Virus genome (UHGV): UHGV-0232937 | DNA: 64,000 bases | Reading direction: 5' to 3' (one strand) | Source of the DNA: a virus | In this document: positions 58,133 to 64,000 of the stretch, piece after piece | Numbering within the stretch: position 1 is the first letter of the stretch | Layout of the letters: every line of letters starts with the position of its first letter | Position numbers and translations under genes: made by a program | Notes under the pieces: generated by a model | What the model saw: the letters and a program-made list of their open reading frames with translations, nothing else | The model's database searches: none | What the model was told of the DNA's origin: nothing

Positions 58133-60124
58133 ATGGCTTTAATCTCTCCAGACATTGAAACTAAAGAAACATCGGTACAATCTACCGTTGTTCGAAATTC
58201 AACTGGTCGTGCTGCTATTGTTGGTAAATTTTCATGGGGGCCAGCTTACCAGATCCGTCAGATTTCTAACGAAGTCGAACTGGTAAACTATTTTGGCTCC
58301 CCAGACAATGACACCGCTGATTATTTCATGAACGCTGTAAACTTTTTACAGTTCGGTCAGGATCTGCGTGTTGTTCGTGTCGTCGATAAAGAAGCCGCAA
58401 AAAACGCAACCGCGATCTATAATCAGATCAAAACCACGATCACCGCTGCTGGTTCTAACTATGCAGTAGACGATCAGATCAAAGTTAAACACAATAACGT
58501 TGTTATTGAAGAAGATGGTGTTGTTACCAGCGTTGATGATCAGGGTAAAATCCTGTCTGTGTTCATTCCGAGCACTAAGATCATCGCACACGCTAAACAG
58601 GTTGGTGTATATCCGGATCTGTCTAGTGGCTGGACTACAGAAATCGTTTCCAGTTCTTCTGGTGTTTCTGCTACGATTACAATCGATGGCGTAGAAGTTG
58701 ATCCGGGTATTACTCTGCTCAACCTTGACACCGCAAAAGAAACTATTCAGGCAACTGCTTTCCAGGAACTTTGCACCAAATACCAGCTACCGTCTGTTAT
58801 TGCAATTTATCCTGGCGAAATGGGTAGCACCGTAACGGTTGAAATTCTGTCTAAAGCTGCATACGATTCTTCGGCTGTCATTAAGTCTTATCCTTCTGGT
58901 AAGTCTGGTAAAAACAGCGGTCGCAGTTCGATGAACTTTGGCCCTCAGAATGATAACCAATACGCGTTTATCGTTCGCCGTGGTGGTATTATCCAAGAAA
59001 CGTTTATCGTGTCAACCGCTAAGGGTGATAAAGATATCTACGGTTCAACGATCTACATGGATGATTTCTTTGCAAACGGTGGTTCGCAGTATCTGTATGG
59101 TACGTCCCTAAACTGGCCTGTCGGATTCTCCGGCGTTCTGGAACTGGGCGGCGGTACTTCTGCAAACGCCACTGTAGGCGCTGATGAACTCATGGCTGGT
59201 TGGGATATGTTCGCAGATCGTGAATCTCTGCATGTTCCTCTGCTGATTGCGGGTGCTTGTGCTGGCGAAACTGCCGAAATTTCGTCTACTGTACAGAAAC
59301 ACGCTGTGTCTATCGGTGAAACCCGTTCAGATTGCGTCGTATTCGTTTCTCCGCCGCGTTCTGCTCTGGTTAATATCCCACTGGCTCAGGCCGTTGATAA
59401 CCTCGTAGAATGGCGTACAGGCTACAAAATCGGTAATACTACCCCAGTTGATAACAACATGAACGTAAGTTCAAGTTATGCGTTCATCGACGGTAACTAT
59501 AAGTTCCAGTATGATAAATACAACGATGTTAACCGTTGGATCCCGCTCGCGGGTGATATGGCTGGCCTCTGTGTTTATACCGATCAGGTATCGCAACCGT
59601 GGATGTCTCCGGCTGGCTACAACCGTGGTCAACTGCGTAACTGCATCAAACTGGCTATCGAACCGACTAACGCGCATCGCGATTCTATGTACCAGGTACA
59701 GATTAACGCGGTTACTGGTTTCTCTGGTGGTGCTGGATACATTCTGTACGGTGATAAAACCGCAACGACTGTTCCAAGCCCGTTTGACCGTATCAACGTT
59801 CGTCGCTTGTTCAACATGATCAAGAAAGACATTGGCGATAACGCAAAATATAAACTGTTTGAGAATAACGATGATTTCACTCGTTCTTCCTTCCGTATGG
59901 ATGCAGGACAGTATATGTCTAACGTTCGCGCTCTGGGCGGTGTATACGATTACCGTGTGGTTTGTGACACTACGAACAACACGCCGGATGTTATTGATCG
60001 CAATGAGTTTATTGCATCAATCTACGTCAAACCAGCACGTTCTATCAACTACATCACACTGAACTTCGTAGCAACCTCAACTGGTGCGGATTTCGATGAG
60101 TTGATTGGTTCAACGTCAGTATAA
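58133..60124 (+). CDS. 18: tail sheath gp18
   Basis: GKFSWGPA, PWMSPAGYNRG, FDRINVRRLF, YVKPARSINYITLNF. GAGG RBS, TATAAATT upstream. Confidence 0.97.
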   Translation: MALISPDIETKETSVQSTVVRNSTGRAAIVGKFSWGPAYQIRQISNEVELVNYFGSPDNDTADYFMNAVNFLQFGQDLRVVRVVDKEAAKNATAIYNQIKTTITAAGSNYAVDDQIKVKHNNVVIEEDGVVTSVDDQGKILSVFIPSTKIIAHAKQVGVYPDLSSGWTTEIVSSSSGVSATITIDGVEVDPGITLLNLDTAKETIQATAFQELCTKYQLPSVIAIYPGEMGSTVTVEILSKAAYDSSAVIKSYPSGKSGKNSGRSSMNFGPQNDNQYAFIVRRGGIIQETFIVSTAKGDKDIYGSTIYMDDFFANGGSQYLYGTSLNWPVGFSGVLELGGGTSANATVGADELMAGWDMFADRESLHVPLLIAGACAGETAEISSTVQKHAVSIGETRSDCVVFVSPPRSALVNIPLAQAVDNLVEWRTGYKIGNTTPVDNNMNVSSSYAFIDGNYKFQYDKYNDVNRWIPLAGDMAGLCVYTDQVSQPWMSPAGYNRGQLRNCIKLAIEPTNAHRDSMYQVQINAVTGFSGGAGYILYGDKTATTVPSPFDRINVRRLFNMIKKDIGDNAKYKLFENNDDFTRSSFRMDAGQYMSNVRALGGVYDYRVVCDTTNNTPDVIDRNEFIASIYVKPARSINYITLNFVATSTGADFDELIGSTSV

Positions 60125-60129
60125 CATGT

Positions 60130-60155
60130 AAGGGGCTGAAAAGCCCCTATAAATA
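60130..60155 (+). promoter_or_regulatory. hairpin plus late promoter
   Basis: AGGGGCT-GAAA-AGCCCCT overlapping TATAAATA (60148-60155). Confidence 0.75.
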
Positions 60156-60172
60156 CACATAGAGGTTAGAAA

Positions 60173-60658
60173 ATGCTTACTGATATTGTACGCGCCTTTG
60201 AATCCGGTGATTTCGCACGTCCGAACCTGTTCGAAGTAGAGATCCCGTACCTGGGCAAAAACTTTAAATTAAAATGTAAAGCCGCTACTATGCCAGCGTC
60301 TACCGTTGAAAAAGTTCCGGTAGGTTACATGAACCGCAAAATTAACGTTGCTGGTGACCGTACCTATGATGACTGGACAATCACGGTATATAACGACGAT
60401 GCACACACAACCCGTGATGCAATCGTAGCATGGTCAAACATGCTGCATGGTATGGGTGAAGACATTACAGGGGATATCCCTGCAAACTACAAAAAAACCG
60501 CTACGGTTAAACAGAAAAACCGTAACGACGAAGTAACCGCCGAACATACCATTTATGGCCTGTTCCCGACCAACGTTGGTGAGGTTACTTTAGACTGGGA
60601 TAGCAACAACGAAGTGAGCACTTTTGAGTGTACTTTCGCGCTAGACTGGTGGGTTTAA
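60173..60658 (+). CDS. 19: tail tube gp19
   Basis: RAFESGDFARPNLFEV, AGDRTYDDWT. Confidence 0.97.
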   Translation: MLTDIVRAFESGDFARPNLFEVEIPYLGKNFKLKCKAATMPASTVEKVPVGYMNRKINVAGDRTYDDWTITVYNDDAHTTRDAIVAWSNMLHGMGEDITGDIPANYKKTATVKQKNRNDEVTAEHTIYGLFPTNVGEVTLDWDSNNEVSTFECTFALDWWV

Positions 60659-60662
60659 ACGC

Positions 60663-60670
60663 TATAAATA
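60663..60670 (+). promoter_or_regulatory. late promoter
   Basis: TATAAATA upstream of gene 20. Confidence 0.8.
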
Positions 60671-60713
60671 CAGGGGTAGCAATACCCCTTATCATTATTT
60701 TTCGGAGTTGTAA

Positions 60714-62288
60714 ATGAACTTTTTTGGATTAGACAATGTGTTAGGGTTTTTCAAAAATTTCGCCAAACAGGATGAAATGGAATTTGAAGCCCAATTAAAA
60801 GATGATACAGGTTCGATTGCGCCTCCGAAAAATAACGATGGGGCGCACGAAATCGAAACGGACTTATCAAACCAGCGTTATTCTTCTGTGTTCCAACAGT
60901 TCTATTCCGGACAGGATCCGCGAATTCAGAACAAAACACAGCTAATAAATACATACCGTGGTATCATGACATACCCGGAAGTGGAAAACGCTGTTTCTGA
61001 AATCATTAACGAAGCTATTGTTAATGAACAAGGAAAAGATATTGTTACGATGGATCTTACTAAAACGAATTTTAGTAAAAATATCCAAGATAAGATCATG
61101 GAAGAACTAGATACCGTAATGAATATTCACGATTTCGATAACCGAGGCTCTCGTTTATTCCGTGATTGGTATGTTGATTCGCGTATCTATTTCCATAAAA
61201 TCATGCACAAAAATGAAGCTGACGGCATCAAAGAATTGCGCCAGTTAGATCCCCGTTGCATGGAACTGATCCGAGAATCGGTTACAGAAACCCTACCCGG
61301 TGGGGTTAAAATTTTCCGTGGCTATCGTGAATACTTCGTATACACTGCACCGAAAAACGGTTATAGCTACAACGGACAGATTTATAGTCACAATGACAAG
61401 GTAAAAATTCCTCGCTCTGCGATTGTTTACGCTCATAGCGGCCTTGAAGATTGCGACAACAACATTATAGGCTACCTGCACCGCGCGGTCAAGCCAGCTA
61501 ACCAGTTGCGTTTGCTGGAAGATGCTATGGTGATTTACCGTATTACCCGTGCGCCTGAACGTCGTGTGTTCTATATCGACGTAGGTCAGATGGGTGGCCC
61601 TAAAGCTACACAGTACGTAAATAACATTGCACAGGGCTTAAAAAACCGTGTTGTATATGACGCGAGCACTGGTAAAGTTAAGAATCAGCAAAATAACCTG
61701 TCAATGACAGAGGACTATTGGCTGATGCGTCGTGATGGTAAAGCAGTTACCGAAGTTTCAACGCTTCCTGGTGGCACTGCCTTCTCTGATATCGACGATG
61801 TTAAGTGGTTTAACCGTAAGCTGTATGAAGCGTTACGTATTCCGTTAAGCCGTATGCCTCGCGATGATGGCGGTATCCAGTTGGGTAACGATGGCGGTAT
61901 TACCCGCGACGAATTGAACTTTAGCAAATTTATTCGCGAATTGCAAATTCAATTCAACCCTGTTCTTGCGGATCCGTTAAAAACTAACTTGATCGCGAAG
62001 AAAATCATTACAGAAGATGAATGGGATGAAAACGTAAGTAAGATTGCTTTTGTATATCAGCAAGATTCTTACTATTCCGAAATCAAAGATATTGAGATTT
62101 TGGAACGCCGTTTAAACCTGATGGGCCAACTTGAAGGGGTGGTCGGCAAATATATCTCCCATAAATACGTAATGAAAGAAGTTCTCCGGATGTCTGATGA
62201 GGAAATTCAAAGCGAAGCCAAACAGATAGAAGAAGAATCAAAAGAAGAACGTTTTAAAAATCCAGAAGCGGAAGAGGAAAACTTTTGA
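60714..62288 (+). CDS. 20: portal vertex protein gp20
   Basis: YLHRAVKPANQLRLLEDAMVIYRITRAPERRVFYID. Confidence 0.97.
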   Translation: MNFFGLDNVLGFFKNFAKQDEMEFEAQLKDDTGSIAPPKNNDGAHEIETDLSNQRYSSVFQQFYSGQDPRIQNKTQLINTYRGIMTYPEVENAVSEIINEAIVNEQGKDIVTMDLTKTNFSKNIQDKIMEELDTVMNIHDFDNRGSRLFRDWYVDSRIYFHKIMHKNEADGIKELRQLDPRCMELIRESVTETLPGGVKIFRGYREYFVYTAPKNGYSYNGQIYSHNDKVKIPRSAIVYAHSGLEDCDNNIIGYLHRAVKPANQLRLLEDAMVIYRITRAPERRVFYIDVGQMGGPKATQYVNNIAQGLKNRVVYDASTGKVKNQQNNLSMTEDYWLMRRDGKAVTEVSTLPGGTAFSDIDDVKWFNRKLYEALRIPLSRMPRDDGGIQLGNDGGITRDELNFSKFIRELQIQFNPVLADPLKTNLIAKKIITEDEWDENVSKIAFVYQQDSYYSEIKDIEILERRLNLMGQLEGVVGKYISHKYVMKEVLRMSDEEIQSEAKQIEEESKEERFKNPEAEEENF

Positions 62289-62530
62289 TGAAAGAATTTA
62301 TCGAAGCAATCAAAAGCGGTAATCTGGTGGAAGCTAAAAAAACTTTTTACTCCATCATGGAAGACCGCACAGAAGCGCTTCGTCACGAATTGCGCGTTGA
62401 ACTTGCCGAAGCTGTACGCATCGAAGGCGAAGAAGACAAAGAAAAAGACGACGAAGGCGCTGATAAAGATGACGAAAAGGGCGATAAAAAGCCAGCCGAG
62501 GATGATAAATCCGATAAAGATGATGAGTGA
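62288..62530 (+). CDS. 67: prohead core protein gp67
   Basis: IEAIKSG.LV.AKK.F, acidic tail, synteny. Confidence 0.9.
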   Translation: MKEFIEAIKSGNLVEAKKTFYSIMEDRTEALRHELRVELAEAVRIEGEEDKEKDDEGADKDDEKGDKKPAEDDKSDKDDE

Positions 62531-62538
62531 GGTGTGTA

Positions 62539-62943
62539 ATGCAACTTGACATCGAAATCACCGCCGAAGATCTCCATGAACATTTAGACGAAGCGAAAGC
62601 TCGTGTAGATATTCTGGGTATCGATGAAGGCACGGTTAAAATCATCGAAAATTTGGCGGTCACCGAACCAAATTTAGCCCTTGCTATGATGGCGGTTGTT
62701 GAAGGTTTAACACTTGATGAGGTAATTGTCAAGCATGTTGATTCCCGTGGCAACGTAGAACGCCTCAAAGACAGGAAAACCCGTGAGCGTAATGCGTATC
62801 AGACGACCGGATTAACTAAATCCCAACGTCGCCAGATCGCGCGTCGTGCTCTCAAAACAAAACGTGCTAACCCGTCAATTGCTACTCGCGCACAACGTAA
62901 GCGCAAGAAAGCATTGCGTAAACGTGCTGCACTGGGGCTATAA
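62539..62943 (+). CDS. 68: prohead core protein gp68
   Basis: VKHVDSRG...KDRKTRERNA.QTTGL.KS.RRQIAR. Confidence 0.93.
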   Translation: MQLDIEITAEDLHEHLDEAKARVDILGIDEGTVKIIENLAVTEPNLALAMMAVVEGLTLDEVIVKHVDSRGNVERLKDRKTRERNAYQTTGLTKSQRRQIARRALKTKRANPSIATRAQRKRKKALRKRAALGL

Positions 62944-62945
62944 AT

Positions 62946-63593
62946 ATGAATGAATCCCAAATCAACGAAAACGGCGATATGCTTTTAATCGAAGAATGGG
63001 GTTTACCTTGCGGTGACGTTTCAGAATCTATTTTAGAATCTGTTGGGGAATCAAAAGACGGTAAATTGCGGATCGAAGGTATTTTCCTTCAAGCCGAAAA
63101 GGTTAACCGTAACCGTCGTTTGTATCCTAAAAACGTACTTGAAGAAGCAGTTAACGATTATATTATAACTCAAGTTAACACCCGTCAAGCATTAGGTGAA
63201 ATGAATCACCCTCCGCGCCCGAATGTGGATCCGCGAAATGCTTGCATCCTGATTGAAAAATTGTGGTGGAAGGGTAACGATGTTTGGGGCCGCGCTGTTG
63301 TTGTTGAAGGCGACGGTGGTGATGGTGACAAACTGGCGGCGTTGATTCGTGCTGGTTGGGTTCCTGGTGTTTCTTCCCGTGGATTAGGTAAGCTCTCCGA
63401 TTCCGGCAAAGGCTACGGCGTTGTACAAAAGGGCTTTAAATTAGCTGTAGGCGTTGATGTCGTCTGGGGGCCAAGCGCACCTGATGCATATGTTAAGCCT
63501 ATAGTGGAAAATCAGCAAAGCAAACCGCTTGTTGAGAATAATAGTGCTGATGACGCTTTTCGGGAATTGTCCGAGCGTTTGAAAGGTCTATAA
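62946..63593 (+). CDS. 21: prohead protease gp21
   Basis: IEGIFLQAE..NRN.RLYP, ALGEMNHP, GVSSRGLG, VDVVWGPSAP. Confidence 0.96.
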   Translation: MNESQINENGDMLLIEEWGLPCGDVSESILESVGESKDGKLRIEGIFLQAEKVNRNRRLYPKNVLEEAVNDYIITQVNTRQALGEMNHPPRPNVDPRNACILIEKLWWKGNDVWGRAVVVEGDGGDGDKLAALIRAGWVPGVSSRGLGKLSDSGKGYGVVQKGFKLAVGVDVVWGPSAPDAYVKPIVENQQSKPLVENNSADDAFRELSERLKGL

Positions 63594-63596
63594 ATA
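63589..63596 (+). promoter_or_regulatory. late promoter
   Basis: TATAAATA upstream of gene 22. Confidence 0.8.
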
Positions 63597-63625
63597 CATT
63601 AAACAAAACAACAGGAAAATCAAAA

Positions 63626-64000
63626 ATGCTTAAAGAACAACTGCTGGCGGAAGCCCAGAACCTGGATACTCCGGTCGAGTTAGACAGCATTTTCGAATCA
63701 GTTGAACTTTCTGATGACGTGAAAGCGACATTCACCACTGTATTCGAACAAGCTGTAAAAGCTGGCGCTGCAAAACTCGCTGAATCCCACATTACCCAGA
63801 TCGCGGAACGTTCCGACGAACTGGTCGAAGCTCAGGTAACTGAACGTGCCGCTGAAATCGAAACTAAGCTGTACGAAGATGCTGATAAATATTTTGCGCA
63901 CATTTCCGAAGAATGGCTGAAAGAAAACAAAGAAGCCGTTTCCCGTGACATCAAAGCCGATCTGTTTGAATCCCTGATCATGGGCCTCAAAGAAGTTCTG
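63626..64000 (+). CDS. 22: prohead core scaffold gp22 (partial)
   Basis: MLKEQLLAEAQNLDTPVELDSIFESVELS..., runs off the window. Confidence 0.93.
   Translation, partial: MLKEQLLAEAQNLDTPVELDSIFESVELSDDVKATFTTVFEQAVKAGAAKLAESHITQIAERSDELVEAQVTERAAEIETKLYEDADKYFAHISEEWLKENKEAVSRDIKADLFESLIMGLKEVL

Noticed and set aside
62939..62946. TATAAATA overlapping the gene 68 stop and gene 21 start as a functional late promoter
   Set aside because: Its +1 would fall past the AUG, and it may arise by chance from the stop/start junction. Not called without RNA data.

Overview
64 kb of a T4-superfamily (Straboviridae) myophage genome. It is most like the pseudo-T-even RB43/RB16 (Pseudotevenvirus) or KP15/KP27 (Slopekvirus) type, because it has sigma70-type early promoters, an M15 peptidase endolysin, a Dcm-like methylase and an Ig-tipped fibritin. 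This assignment comes from recalled family features, not from a database search. Positions 1-33.5 kb (- strand) are the early/accessory region: a vWA protein, Dcm, an nrdC.11/RlaP nucleotidyltransferase, NadM-Nudix, SPFH, rI, tk, a macrodomain, vs, vs.1, PIN-PhoH, endolysin, a radical SAM/SPASM enzyme, DUF262, nudE, 57B/Acb1, 57A, genes 1 and 3, and many small ORFs, organised by repeated promoter-stem-loop elements. Positions 36.1-64 kb (+ strand) are the conserved virion module (53, 5, 6-12, wac, 13-20, 67, 68, 21, start of 22). The most unusual observations are: (1) a symmetric origin-like element at 33.59-33.87 kb (inverted repeats, a near-consensus sigma70 promoter, an AT-rich core with 8 GATC); (2) an FVSNSSSSSF-motif protein together with an atypical radical SAM/SPASM enzyme; (3) near-identical promoter-hairpin cassettes bracketing gene modules; (4) a 688-aa helical protein in place of 5.1/5.4; (5) candidate virion-packaged counter-defence proteins; (6) a standalone DUF262; (7) a tandem triplet of tiny paralogs; (8) two decayed HNH endonuclease relics. 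No tRNA, CRISPR array, intron or integrase was seen.
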